A DNA stretch of 63,922 bases, counting the filler, from Acidimicrobiia bacterium (GTDB lineage Bacteria; Actinomycetota; Acidimicrobiia; Spongiisociales; CAZKJJ01): the NCBI GenBank assembly GCA_046759765.1. It is 9 parts of 9 records of this genome, joined end to end, with 100 filler letters (N's around TTAATTAATTAA, not from the genome) between each part and the next. Parts side by side here need not be neighbours in the genome. Positions count along the whole stretch, not along the records: positions 15,901 to 23,707 come from JBHICV010000120.1; positions 23,808 to 31,586 come from JBHICV010000121.1; 7 more parts are not named here. One strand, 5' to 3'. A program made the translations under genes and the position numbers. Positions 17,747 through 27,259 of this stretch are shown piece after piece; position 1 is the stretch's first letter; every line of letters starts with the position of its first letter. The notes under the pieces are model-generated. The model did not search any database. It had not been told where the DNA came from and worked only from the letters and a program-made list of their open reading frames with translations.

Positions 17747-19039
17747 ATGGCCGTGATCGCGGCGCGTACACAGTCGGAGCTCTGGCCGGTTGCGCGCATT
17801 ACCTTCGTCGCCGCGCTATTGCTGTTCATCATCACCATCGTCATAGGCATCCTCAACGGTGTCGACCTTGTGGAGTTCGAGCGTGACCAGACGGTGACTC
17901 ATCTGCACGCCGGGACGTTGGGCTGGATCACACTGGCATTGAGCGGCACCGCGTTCTTGATGTTCACCGGCCGCCGAGCGTTGAGCGTGGGCGACGTGAG
18001 CCATGCAAGAGCGCTCGCGTATTCGATGATTGGCGCGGTGGCGTTGTACGTCGCTGCCTTCTATGCAGGCGACAGCATCTTCGACGATCGAATCCAGCGC
18101 CCTTTCGGAGGGACTCTGCTGTTCCTTGTGGTCGTTTGGTTCCTGGTATGGCTCGTGCGCAACAACCGTGCGGCACCCAGCAGCAGCATCGCTCGTCTCG
18201 GAGTCATCCTCGCTTGGATCTCGCTCCTGATCGGCGCTGTGTTCGGCATCATCCTCGGGCTCTTCACCGCCCGCGGTGAGGTGCCGGGCCTCGACGCAGA
18301 GACCGCCACCGCGGTCGCCGATGCGCACCCGCCGGCGATGGTGATCGGATACCTGATCCTGGCGGCGATGGCCGTGATCGAATGGACGATCAGGGACGAG
18401 AGAACCTGGGGGGAGAGTCGCTGGGGCGCCGCGCAGATGTGGATCCTTTTCACCGCCGGAGTCATAGTGAACGTGGGATTCATCTCGGGTCTCGAGCAGG
18501 AGCTGCTCGGTCCGGCGAACCTGCTGATGATTGCCGGCGTGGTCATCCTCGTCCTGCGGTCGAGGCACGAACTGGTGCCTTCGGCGTGGCGCGGTGCGGG
18601 TACCGCGGTCTACCCGCGAGTCAGCATCATGTTCCTGGTGGTGTACCTCGTCCTGGGGACAATTCTGATCGGCCGAGTCGTCTCCGGCTCCCTGGACTTC
18701 GATGCGATGTCCGAGGCCGATAGGGGCTTTGTTCTCACCTTCGATCATGTGATGTTCATCGGTGTGATGACGAATGCCCTTTTCGGTGTCGTGGCGGCAC
18801 GCCTCCACCGCGGGGCCTTGCAGACCGTAGACCGTGTGCTGCTGTGGGGCGTGAACCTGGGGATCGTGGGGTTCGCTATCGGACTGACGACTGTTAGTCC
18901 GGTGTGGAAGCGGATCTCGACCCCGGTGATGGGTACCGCCTTGTTGATCGGTATCGCGGCATACGTCACAGAGCTCAGCAAGACCAGAGAAGAGGTACCG
19001 ACGGAGACGATGGTATTACCACAGCCGGGATCGTCCTAG
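17747..19039 (+). CDS. About 12-TM hypothetical membrane protein with heme-copper-oxidase-like His motifs
   Basis: GGAGGGAG SD; THLHAGTLGWITL, AHPPAMVIG, DHVMFIG; very hydrophobic. Confidence 0.75.
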   Translation: MAVIAARTQSELWPVARITFVAALLLFIITIVIGILNGVDLVEFERDQTVTHLHAGTLGWITLALSGTAFLMFTGRRALSVGDVSHARALAYSMIGAVALYVAAFYAGDSIFDDRIQRPFGGTLLFLVVVWFLVWLVRNNRAAPSSSIARLGVILAWISLLIGAVFGIILGLFTARGEVPGLDAETATAVADAHPPAMVIGYLILAAMAVIEWTIRDERTWGESRWGAAQMWILFTAGVIVNVGFISGLEQELLGPANLLMIAGVVILVLRSRHELVPSAWRGAGTAVYPRVSIMFLVVYLVLGTILIGRVVSGSLDFDAMSEADRGFVLTFDHVMFIGVMTNALFGVVAARLHRGALQTVDRVLLWGVNLGIVGFAIGLTTVSPVWKRISTPVMGTALLIGIAAYVTELSKTREEVPTETMVLPQPGSS

Positions 19040-19536
19040 TTGGCCCTATCCCGCTGCTGGTAATCGAGGCAGGTACCTTTCCCAAAGCCGGGGGATGGCG
19101 AGTGAATTCTGGCGCTGGCCGTCCGATGACAGCTCGAATCATCGGCAACCACCTGAGGCTTTAGTAGATGCTCGGCATCTTTGGGTGGCGATGCTGGCGA
19201 TGACGCTGGGCGGAATGACGGGGCTCGCCGGGCGGCTGGTTGACCAAAGCCGCTCCGAGACTGACCCGCTCCACCCACCCCGAGAGGACTTGACACCGGC
19301 TAGGTATTCATAACACCCGATCGGCTCGACAACGATCTCGTCACCCAGTAGCGCCGAGCGGCACTTCGTGCTCGCTTCGATGTGTGCCTTCTGTCACGGA
19401 CCGTGACGATCGATGGTTGTCACTGGCGGTGGCGGCTGTCTTGCTCGGTATTGAATCTCGGTTCTCGTGCGGTGCGTTGGACGTGGGAACCGGCTGTGGG
19501 ACCGCCGTTATGTGCGGGGCGCTGATGTGGGCCTGT

Positions 19537-19749
19537 CTAGGCGAATGCTCTTTCGGCCAAGGCGAGCGACTCGGAGCCTTGGGCCATTCCGGGGGTGAGG
19601 TCGAATCCGTAGACAACGATTATGCCGATTGCCATGACGGCAACAGCCAGGATGATGCCGGCGACGAGGAGTCTTCGGGACTCCCGACGGTATTTCTGAG
19701 CGACTTGCTCGGCCGGGCTGAGGATGTGTTGGTTCTGGTCGGGGGTCAT
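19537..19749 (-). CDS. Small single-TM protein at the end of the metal ATPase operon
   Basis: ATGA overlap with the ATPase stop; [25 protein letters not shown] segment. Confidence 0.6.
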   Translation of the reverse strand: MTPDQNQHILSPAEQVAQKYRRESRRLLVAGIILAVAVMAIGIIVVYGFDLTPGMAQGSESLALAERAFA

Positions 19750-22367
19750 GCAATGTCCGTGTCGGTTGAGGGTTCATAACCAAGGTCTTTGAGGCGTTCG
19801 GTCACGTCATTACGGGTGATCCGTTGGGGGTCGTAGCGCACGGAAACCTGCTTGGTGTCGACATCGACGCTCGCTTCGAGTACGCCGTCAGTGTGCTTGA
19901 GGCCGCCTTGGATCCTGGTTGCGCACTCGGCGCAGTGGATATCAGGGACCGACAGCGTGACCGTCTGTGGGCTTCCAGTGACTCGATGCGGGGGATCGGG
20001 CTCGGCGTCGTAGTGGAGTGCGTGCCGGTGCCGCCGCTGCTCGGCTAGCTGATCGGCCACGTCAGCCCGGCCCGATGTGACCCGTTCGCCTCGCAGAAGG
20101 CGCCCAGCGAAGGAGTTGGTAAGCACCCCGGTGACCGAGAGGATCATGGCAAGCATCGCAAACACCGGACTGACCAGACCGGTCGCCGCTGCCAGCACGC
20201 CCACCCCGTTGAAGACGAACGCGATCGCCAGGTTCTGTTTGGTTTTGCGGTAGCTGTTGACGGCGATCTCGTACGAGTCGGGCACAGCTCCGAGTCGGTC
20301 ACCCATGATCACCACGTCGGAGGACTCTATGGCGATGTCGGTACCGGCACCGATAGCGATACCCACGTCGGCCTGCATGAGTGCGGGGGCATCGTTGATG
20401 CCGTCGCCGACCATGCCCACCCGGGAACCCGTGTCCTGGAGTTCCCGGATGCGAAGGGCCTTCTCGTCGGGGAGAACATGGGCCCGGATCTCTTCGATAC
20501 CGACTTGGGCAGCCACGGTGCGGGCGGTGCGCTCGTTGTCACCAGTGAGCATGACAGGAGTCATTCCGAGTCGTTTGAGCCAAGCGACCGCTGCAGCTCC
20601 ATCGGGCTTGAGGGCGTCAGATATTGCGACAAGTCCGGCCAGTGCGCCGTCCACCGACACTCCGATCACCGTGTTCCCCGCTTCCTCGAGGACCCGTCGC
20701 TGATCCCCGAACCGGTCGAGCTGGTCGTTTTGGGCTACAACGAAGGACATCTTGCCGACCAGAACACGGTGGCCGTCGACAGACGCTTCGACACCTTCTC
20801 CGGTGTGAGACTCGAACGCTGCCGCATCGGGAACCGGGATCCCTCGTTCCCGGGCTGCGTCGAATATCGCTCTGCCAAGGGGGTGCTCTGAGGCCGCCTC
20901 GGCGGCAGCGGCCATAGCTAGCACCTCATCCGGGTCGTCAGCGACCACCTCGACCACCACAGGGCGGCCCTCGGTGAGGGTCCCGGTCTTGTCGAACAGC
21001 ATGTAGGTGAGCTCACCGAACACCTGGAACGCCTCACCCGAGCGCATCAAGATCCCACGCTCGGCGGCAATCCCACCACCTCTGATGAGCGCCAGGGGAG
21101 TGGCCATACCCAAGGCACATGGGTAGCCCATCACCCCCACCGCCAGGGCGGCGAACAGCGCCCGGGCCCACTCCGGCTCTCCGAACAGGAGCCAACCTCC
21201 CACGGTCCAGAAGAGGAAAGACCCAGCGGCGATAATGAGCACCGTCGGCACGTAGACCTCGAGGATCCGGTCCACCAGCTGGAGGATGCTGGGTTTGAGG
21301 GCTCGGGCCTCCTCCACGTGACGGGCCACCTGGTTCAAGAACGAGTCCTCGCTGACCCGGGCGACCTCCACGACCAGGGTGCCGGACTGGTTGATCGAGC
21401 CGCCGACCACCTCATCGCCTGGCACTTTCTCGGCCGGGATGGGCTCTCCGGTGACCAGCGACTCATCAACGGTGGAGGCTCCGCTGACCACCACGCCGTC
21501 CACTGGGATCGATTCCCCGGGGCGGATCCGCACCTGGGCCGCCACCTCCACCTCTTCCGTGGGGGTGTCGACTTCTTGGCCGTTGATGACTACCCGGGCG
21601 GTGTCGGGCCGCAGCTCGAGCAGCTGCCGGACCGCCTGGGAGGTACGGGTCCGCAGCCGCAAGCTCGTGTATCCAGACAGCAAGTGGTAGGTGGTGATGA
21701 GAATGGCCGCCCCGAAGAACTCGGCCACCCCGGTCATCGGACCGAAGATCTCATACAGAGTGAAAGCCTCCGGGAAGATCATCGCCAAGATTCCGCCGGC
21801 CAACGCTCCGATGGCCCCGAACTCCAGCAGCACATGTTGGTTGAGGATGCGGTTGCGGAGACTCGTCCAGGCCATAGAAACGATGTGCCAGCCGGCGATG
21901 AACACGGTCTCCAGCGCCATCGTCAACAGCACGAGGGGAAGCAGCTGGAAGCGAACCAATCCGGCGGCCATGGCCACCATCAGCACCAACACCGCTGCGC
22001 TGAAGGCAGCCGCAACCAGCAGCCGGTTGCGAGCCGACCGCAGCTCCGCTTCTTCCTGTGCGAAGCGGATCAGTTTGTCCGGGTCCCGGATGCTGTAGCC
22101 GATATCCAGCAGCCGGTCCCGCAGCTCGGTTTCGGTCACCAAGTCGGGGTCGTAAGTGATCAGCCCCTCCTGATGGGAGAGGCTCACCGACACTTTCTCC
22201 ACCCCGGGAGTCCGTCTGTAGGCCTTCTCGATCGACCCGACGCAGAACGAGCACGACATGCCGCCGATCCCAAGCTGAAGCTTGCTCCTATCCTTGCTAG
22301 CGCCGGGCTCAGCATCGGAGCTGATATCAGAGCTGTCGATCGGTATGCCTCGTTCGTGGGGATTCAT
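19746..22367 (-). CDS. Heavy-metal P1B-type ATPase (CopA-like, YPC motif), N- and C-terminal HMA domains
   Basis: [39 protein letters not shown]-terminal DIHCAEC. Confidence 0.94.
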   Translation of the reverse strand: MNPHERGIPIDSSDISSDAEPGASKDRSKLQLGIGGMSCSFCVGSIEKAYRRTPGVEKVSVSLSHQEGLITYDPDLVTETELRDRLLDIGYSIRDPDKLIRFAQEEAELRSARNRLLVAAAFSAAVLVLMVAMAAGLVRFQLLPLVLLTMALETVFIAGWHIVSMAWTSLRNRILNQHVLLEFGAIGALAGGILAMIFPEAFTLYEIFGPMTGVAEFFGAAILITTYHLLSGYTSLRLRTRTSQAVRQLLELRPDTARVVINGQEVDTPTEEVEVAAQVRIRPGESIPVDGVVVSGASTVDESLVTGEPIPAEKVPGDEVVGGSINQSGTLVVEVARVSEDSFLNQVARHVEEARALKPSILQLVDRILEVYVPTVLIIAAGSFLFWTVGGWLLFGEPEWARALFAALAVGVMGYPCALGMATPLALIRGGGIAAERGILMRSGEAFQVFGELTYMLFDKTGTLTEGRPVVVEVVADDPDEVLAMAAAAEAASEHPLGRAIFDAARERGIPVPDAAAFESHTGEGVEASVDGHRVLVGKMSFVVAQNDQLDRFGDQRRVLEEAGNTVIGVSVDGALAGLVAISDALKPDGAAAVAWLKRLGMTPVMLTGDNERTARTVAAQVGIEEIRAHVLPDEKALRIRELQDTGSRVGMVGDGINDAPALMQADVGIAIGAGTDIAIESSDVVIMGDRLGAVPDSYEIAVNSYRKTKQNLAIAFVFNGVGVLAAATGLVSPVFAMLAMILSVTGVLTNSFAGRLLRGERVTSGRADVADQLAEQRRHRHALHYDAEPDPPHRVTGSPQTVTLSVPDIHCAECATRIQGGLKHTDGVLEASVDVDTKQVSVRYDPQRITRNDVTERLKDLGYEPSTDTDIA

Positions 22368-22435
22368 CGTCGATATATATCCTTGAGCGCGGACGCTTCG
22401 CCGAAGCTCCCGGGCTCAGACTGCGTGCCAGGGTC

Positions 22436-22648
22436 TCAGGTGGCGGCTAGTGGAAACCCGGCATCAGCGAGGCCTGCAGCGATGGCCTCTGAGTCGAGCT
22501 GGGTCTCGTCGAAGGTCACCCGCACCTCATCGGTCCTCTGATCGGGTTCCACCTCGGTCACGCCGTCAAGGCGGCCCAGGGAACTGCTGATCGCCTTCTC
22601 GCAGCCTCCACAGTGAATCTGTCGTACACGGAAGGTTTCCTCACGCAT
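22436..22648 (-). CDS. copZ: CopZ-like HMA metallochaperone
   Basis: 70 aa with IHCGGC; AGGAG SD; directly upstream of the ATPase. Confidence 0.88.
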   Translation of the reverse strand: MREETFRVRQIHCGGCEKAISSSLGRLDGVTEVEPDQRTDEVRVTFDETQLDSEAIAAGLADAGFPLAAT

Positions 22649-22725
22649 GCGGTACTCCTATGCAATCAATCGCTTCTCTTCCACTCATATCAACTGTTTG
22701 CTATTCCAGATAGTCGTCCGCCTGG

Positions 22726-23154
22726 CTAGGCCTTGTCCCCAGGTGGCACAGGTTCGGACGCATGCTGAACGATGTCGCAAACGTAGGGGGCATCAGCTGG
22801 GGTATCAGGAAGTGTTGCTGCGACCTGTGTGAGTCGCTGCACCTCGGCCTGAAGACGTTGCAGCTCCAAAATGCGCTGCTCGATCGCGTCCGCTTGCTCA
22901 GTAAGGACTCGCCGGACATATCCGCACGGCGGCTCACCGCGATCTCGTAAGGCCAGGACCTCTCGGATGTCGCCCATACTTAAGCCCAGCGAACGCGCCA
23001 AGCTCACGAATCGCAGCCGGTCGGCATCCTCTTCGTCATAGTCCCGGTAGCCCGCCGGCGTCCTGGCTGGTTCGGGCAGCACCTGCACCGATTCGTAGTA
23101 CCGGATCGTGGGCGGATCGACCCCCACCCTTCGGCCCAATTCGCTAATTCTCAT
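22726..23154 (-). CDS. MerR-family heavy-metal-responsive regulator
   Basis: MRISELGRRVGVDPPTIRYYE..GYRDY HTH; PPC and VC cysteines. Confidence 0.93.
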   Translation of the reverse strand: MRISELGRRVGVDPPTIRYYESVQVLPEPARTPAGYRDYDEEDADRLRFVSLARSLGLSMGDIREVLALRDRGEPPCGYVRRVLTEQADAIEQRILELQRLQAEVQRLTQVAATLPDTPADAPYVCDIVQHASEPVPPGDKA

Positions 23155-23232
23155 GTCCCACCATCCGCTATCCGGTTCTCCTTATCCGTCAGGCTCGGCT
23201 GCATCGCAGCCGGCTAATCTCGCCTACCGATC

Positions 23233-23263
23233 ACCGTACACCTTAAAGTCACTTGAAGGTCAA
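23233..23263 (-). promoter_or_regulatory. MerR-type promoter/operator
   Basis: TTGACC-19 bp-TACGGT with dyad ACCTTcAAGT-G-ACTTtAAGGT (23240-23260) spanning the spacer, upstream of merR-copZ-ATPase. Confidence 0.9.
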
Positions 23264-23707
23264 CCTCTGTTCTCCAACGATGTCAAAAGCGCGACGTTCT
23301 CTGGGAGAATCACCCGGCGCCGCCGCTGGATCAAGGCTCAACCGGTGTCGCTTCAGGCCCAGGTTCAGGATGCAAGTGGGGCCAGAGCGGATTAGGTCGG
23401 GTCGGGCCGATCACCGCTCTGGAGCAGGACACAGCCTCGATGAGCCTGCGGGAGTGATCTGAGATAGCCGACGGTACCTGTGCCCCAGCGCTCACTCGTC
23501 AGCGCGGTAAACCGACATGGGCTCGATGGGAGACCAAAGAGGAGCGGATCACGCCCAGACATAGATACTTGCCATCGATCCCGGCAACACCACAGGAGCG
23601 GTAGACGACCAGCTAACCGATCCTGCGGCGTCCCTCAGCCGTCAGTCTTGGGGCGCATGATCCGGTACATGGTCGTGACGTTCTCCACGTACCGGTCCAT
23701 CAACGCC

Positions 23708-23807
23708 NNNNNNNNNNNNNNNNNNNNNNNNNNNNNNNNNNNNNNNNNNNNTTAATTAATTAANNNNNNNNNNNNNNNNNNNNNNNNNNNNNNNNNNNNN
23801 NNNNNNN
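23708..23807. other. Artificial contig linker
   Basis: N44-TTAATTAATTAA-N44. Confidence 0.99.
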
Positions 23808-24178
23808 CCCCAGCCGAACTCACCGTCGGTGACCACCGGCACAATCCGAGTCGCCTCCTTGTGGGCCAGCCAGTACTCCACTTCCCGGTTCACCCACGGC
23901 GAGGAGGCAGCCTCAGGTGACAACAACAACACAAACCAGTCCGAGCGGTCCAAGGCTTCAGTTATCGAAGACCACAGATGCGGATTGGCAGACAACGAGG
24001 CTTCATCCCGGAAGATCTTCAGCGCCCTCCGCTTCCACCAGGGCTTCGCGAACCGCTGCAACCCCGTCTGCAAACGGGGCGCCAGAAGATCATCCGCCCC
24101 ATGGCTATACGACATGAACCCGTCGTAGGCCGGCGCCTCCGGCTCCGGAACCGCAGTCCGAGCCTTCGCTGTATCCAC
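23808..24178 (-). CDS. TIR domain protein, N-terminal part (cut by contig end)
   Basis: YDGFMSYSH, IFRD, SDWFVLLLSPEAASSPWVNREV with the catalytic Glu retained. GTG overlaps the upstream TAG (TAGTG). Confidence 0.92.
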
Positions 24179-27033
24179 TACAGCCGTCGTCTCAACGCGA
24201 ACAGTGGCAACGACCCGTATCCCTTGGCAGTGGGCAGCGTCCCCACGTACTGGGTGTCGAACGACTGATCCCCCACCAGCACCGCGAGCGCTGCAAACGG
24301 ATAAGTCGTGTAGATCTCCCCTTCCGGGGTTCTGGGCTCGATCCGAGCCGTCTGTGTGACACCGGCGCCGAAGAACAAGCGGGTGCCGGAGATAGGGTCA
24401 CGGCCGTCGAACACCGGCGTGGCGTGTGCTGCCACCCGCATGCTTCTCAGCGTGGGCAGCCCCAGTTGGTCGAAGTCCATCTCGCGGATCGTGTCCTGAA
24501 TCGTGAGCGTGCAGGCGGCCGCGGCAGCGATGTCGTCGAACACCAGATAAAGGCTGTCGCCCCACGTTCGGCCTGAGAGAACATGCGGCTGGAAAGGCTC
24601 GATTGCCTTGGCCAATCCTCCCATCACGCGTTCTTGAAAGACGATCAGCTGCCCGTCGGACAGCGTGGAGAAACCGGCGAAGTCGCCAAAGACGATGCCC
24701 CTGATGTGGCGTACGGGCTCGACCGATTCTGTCGGTTGAGGGTCGGACGTAGGCTCGATCGATATGACCGTCGAGGTGCGCCCCGTGCCGTGCCAACGGG
24801 CGACATCGACCGCCGTCCCGGCGGTTCCACCGGTGGGAATTCCGTCCCACACCGCCACCTGGTGGGCCTCTGACTCCAGAGACCGCGCCCGCATCAGCGC
24901 ATCGCCCATCGCGATCTGAGAGCAGAAGTCGAACAGCACCGGATCGTCCAGGTACTCACCCGTGATGGCCGTCGTCACCCCTTCGGCCGCGCCCAGGCAA
25001 CGTTCGAATCGCGTAACCCAATCGGCCCCGGCGGGCGCTACGGAAGTGCGAACGAACTCGTCCCGGTCGAAGGGGAGCACGACTCGGAGCTCGGCGCCTC
25101 TTTCAGCCAGGGCCTCCGCGGCGAGGATGTCGGCCCCGGCTGCCAAGGAGCCAAACCCGAACCCGACTCTGAGCCGATCAAATGCCTCCTTGAGCTCGGC
25201 GGCCACTCTGGGTTCCTGATCAGGTGGGAATCTCCCATTCTCCCCCGGTGCGAGCACCCGATGGCCACAGAAGTGAACAACTGCCGCATTGGCTATCGGA
25301 GCGAGGATTGACGGGTCGATGTCCAGAAGCCCGCACACCATCTTTAGCTGGTGGAGAGTCGTCGCCCGGGAGGCGTGGTTACCTTCGCTGACCTCCCCCG
25401 CCCGAGTCAGCGCCTCGGCGGCCCGATCCATCTCACCGAGAGCTATCGCCGCCTCTGCCTCGGAGGCCGCCTCCCAATACCGATCGTCCTCACCGAGCTG
25501 GTCCCAATCAACCAGGGCGTTGAGTGCGTCTCGAGCTGCTTTTTGAGCTCTCTCGCGATCCTCGGCGACCAGCCACATGGTGGCCGCGTTGGCAGCGAGG
25601 TAAGCGGATGGGAAGCGGGCAAATGCCGACTCGTATCCCTCGGCCGAACGCCGCGCCCACCCTGGCCCTTCGCCGCCCGGGCGGCTGAGCGCCATATCCT
25701 TGTCGAGACCGGGAGCTAGCGCGGCGATGTCCTCGGCCAAGCGTGGCGACACCGCGCTTGGGTCCACGGAAGCCAAACCAAGGCCTTCATACCTGCGCCG
25801 GGCGTGTTCCGTAGCTCTCGACCTTTTGAGCGCCAGGACCGCGAGATATCGAATCTCAGGATCAACAACACCGCTTTCGAGCATCGAAGTCGCCTGGTCG
25901 TAGGCCTCCAGGTTCTGAACGTCCCTGATCAGCTCACGAATCGCCTCTGCTGGCACTGCGTCAGCGGCATCTTTCGCTCGCTCAGCACCAAGACGGGAGC
26001 GGAAACTATCGGCCGTGTGGACTGAAACTGTTGTCGCCGTGGCCGCTCGGACCGAGGCAGTTCGGCCCGTGCCGAGCAGCGATGCCAGTTCGCCGAAGTA
26101 GCGGCCGGGCCCCAGCTCAGCAAGGACCACCGTCTGCCCGTCGGAGGTGGTCTTGGTCACCTCAACCTGGCCGGTCTCGATCCAATAGACAGAGTCGGCG
26201 GGCGCTCCCTCGGAAACGATGACTTCTCCGGTCGTGAAGTTGAGCAGCTCGGGCTCCTCTGTCCACTCTCGAGCAGCCGGTTCGCGCAGGTCTTCGAGCG
26301 CCGGGTCATGAAGAAGGATTCGTTCCTCTAGGTCCACCAGCTCCCGTTCCGGCTCAATGCCAAGGTCCTCGCCTAGGAGGGCCTTGACCCGGGTGAAGGT
26401 GCGAAGCGCTTCGGCCTGGCGCCCTGAGCGATAGAGGGCAAGCATGAGGTGCGCCCAGAGTCTCTCTCGATAAGGGAACGATTCCACCAGCCCGCTCAGC
26501 TCCCCAATAACCAGCTCGTGGTTGCCAGCCGCCAACTCGGCTTCCATCAACCTCTCTACGACTCCGAGGCGTTCTTCCTCCAGCTGCCGGGCCGCCTGTT
26601 CGGCAAACTCGAACTTTCGTAAGTCCGATAGTGGGTCACCGTGCCACTGAGCGAGAGCGTGGCGGAATCCCTCCGCCGCCTTGGCCGGGTGGCCGAGCGT
26701 GAGAAGCTGGCGGCCCCTCTGTGTGTGTCGGCGAAAGCGCTCGATGTCACAGTTGGCGACCGGGATCCCAAGCCGGTATCCGCCTGCCATAGTCTCGACC
26801 GAGTCCTCTCCAATGGCACTCCGCAGTCGAGATACCGCGACATGCAGCGCCGATTCAGGGTTCTGAACCGGCTCGTCTCCCCATAGCGCTTCGATGATGC
26901 GATCGACCGAGATGGCTTCAGGAGCGTGAAGGGCGAGGAGTGCAAGGAGGGCACGGGGTCGCGTGCCGGGGACGCTGACTTCGAGATCGGCAGCGTCAAC
27001 GACCTCGAGCGGCCCCAGCAACCGAACGTCCAC
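24178..27033 (-). CDS. Multidomain protein: SARP wHTH + BTAD + cNMP-binding + TPR-like + SLOG-like + class III nucleotide cyclase
   Basis: VRLLGPLEV, PYRERLWAHLMLALYRSGRQAEAL (BTAD); FGELA..RTASV (cNMP); YLAANAATM, DDRYWEAASEAEA (TPR-like); FCGH, GSLAAGADIL, VVLPF (SLOG-like); FGDFAGFS, TWGDS, TARIEP, GEIY (cyclase). Start uncertain: GTG at 27033, ORF open to 27120. Confidence 0.88.
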   Translation of the reverse strand: MDVRLLGPLEVVDAADLEVSVPGTRPRALLALLALHAPEAISVDRIIEALWGDEPVQNPESALHVAVSRLRSAIGEDSVETMAGGYRLGIPVANCDIERFRRHTQRGRQLLTLGHPAKAAEGFRHALAQWHGDPLSDLRKFEFAEQAARQLEEERLGVVERLMEAELAAGNHELVIGELSGLVESFPYRERLWAHLMLALYRSGRQAEALRTFTRVKALLGEDLGIEPERELVDLEERILLHDPALEDLREPAAREWTEEPELLNFTTGEVIVSEGAPADSVYWIETGQVEVTKTTSDGQTVVLAELGPGRYFGELASLLGTGRTASVRAATATTVSVHTADSFRSRLGAERAKDAADAVPAEAIRELIRDVQNLEAYDQATSMLESGVVDPEIRYLAVLALKRSRATEHARRRYEGLGLASVDPSAVSPRLAEDIAALAPGLDKDMALSRPGGEGPGWARRSAEGYESAFARFPSAYLAANAATMWLVAEDRERAQKAARDALNALVDWDQLGEDDRYWEAASEAEAAIALGEMDRAAEALTRAGEVSEGNHASRATTLHQLKMVCGLLDIDPSILAPIANAAVVHFCGHRVLAPGENGRFPPDQEPRVAAELKEAFDRLRVGFGFGSLAAGADILAAEALAERGAELRVVLPFDRDEFVRTSVAPAGADWVTRFERCLGAAEGVTTAITGEYLDDPVLFDFCSQIAMGDALMRARSLESEAHQVAVWDGIPTGGTAGTAVDVARWHGTGRTSTVISIEPTSDPQPTESVEPVRHIRGIVFGDFAGFSTLSDGQLIVFQERVMGGLAKAIEPFQPHVLSGRTWGDSLYLVFDDIAAAAACTLTIQDTIREMDFDQLGLPTLRSMRVAAHATPVFDGRDPISGTRLFFGAGVTQTARIEPRTPEGEIYTTYPFAALAVLVGDQSFDTQYVGTLPTAKGYGSLPLFALRRRL

Positions 27034-27259
27034 TACTGCGAGGACTCTACTGAGGTCGCCTGAGTCGGTTCCCGACGCGGCGTCAGATGTAAGTGCCAAG
27101 CGCTTCTGACTCACCTCCAACTGGAGTCTGCCTAAGGCTCCTTACGAGCCGCTTTCGACCCGTTCCTGTCAATCGACGCGTCGCTTTTCGACGCGTGCAT
27201 TGCCACGAAACCGAACTTCGTAAGACATCAGAAAGAGCAAGTCCCTAAGTTCCCTGGAT

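Noticed and set aside
19309..19513. CATAAC ... GTTATG pair resembling integron attC ends
   Set aside because: About 200 nt apart, no convincing internal complementarity, no integron integrase or cassette array.
23378..23423. Imperfect hairpin CCAGAGCGG...CCGCTCTGG
   Set aside because: Single copy, no U-tract, not adjacent to a supported gene end; plausible by chance at this GC content.
8483..24178. Linking the two TIR genes, or the cNMP/PDE cluster, with the SARP-cyclase locus as one island
   Set aside because: They are on different contigs separated by linkers, so proximity in the window is artificial.
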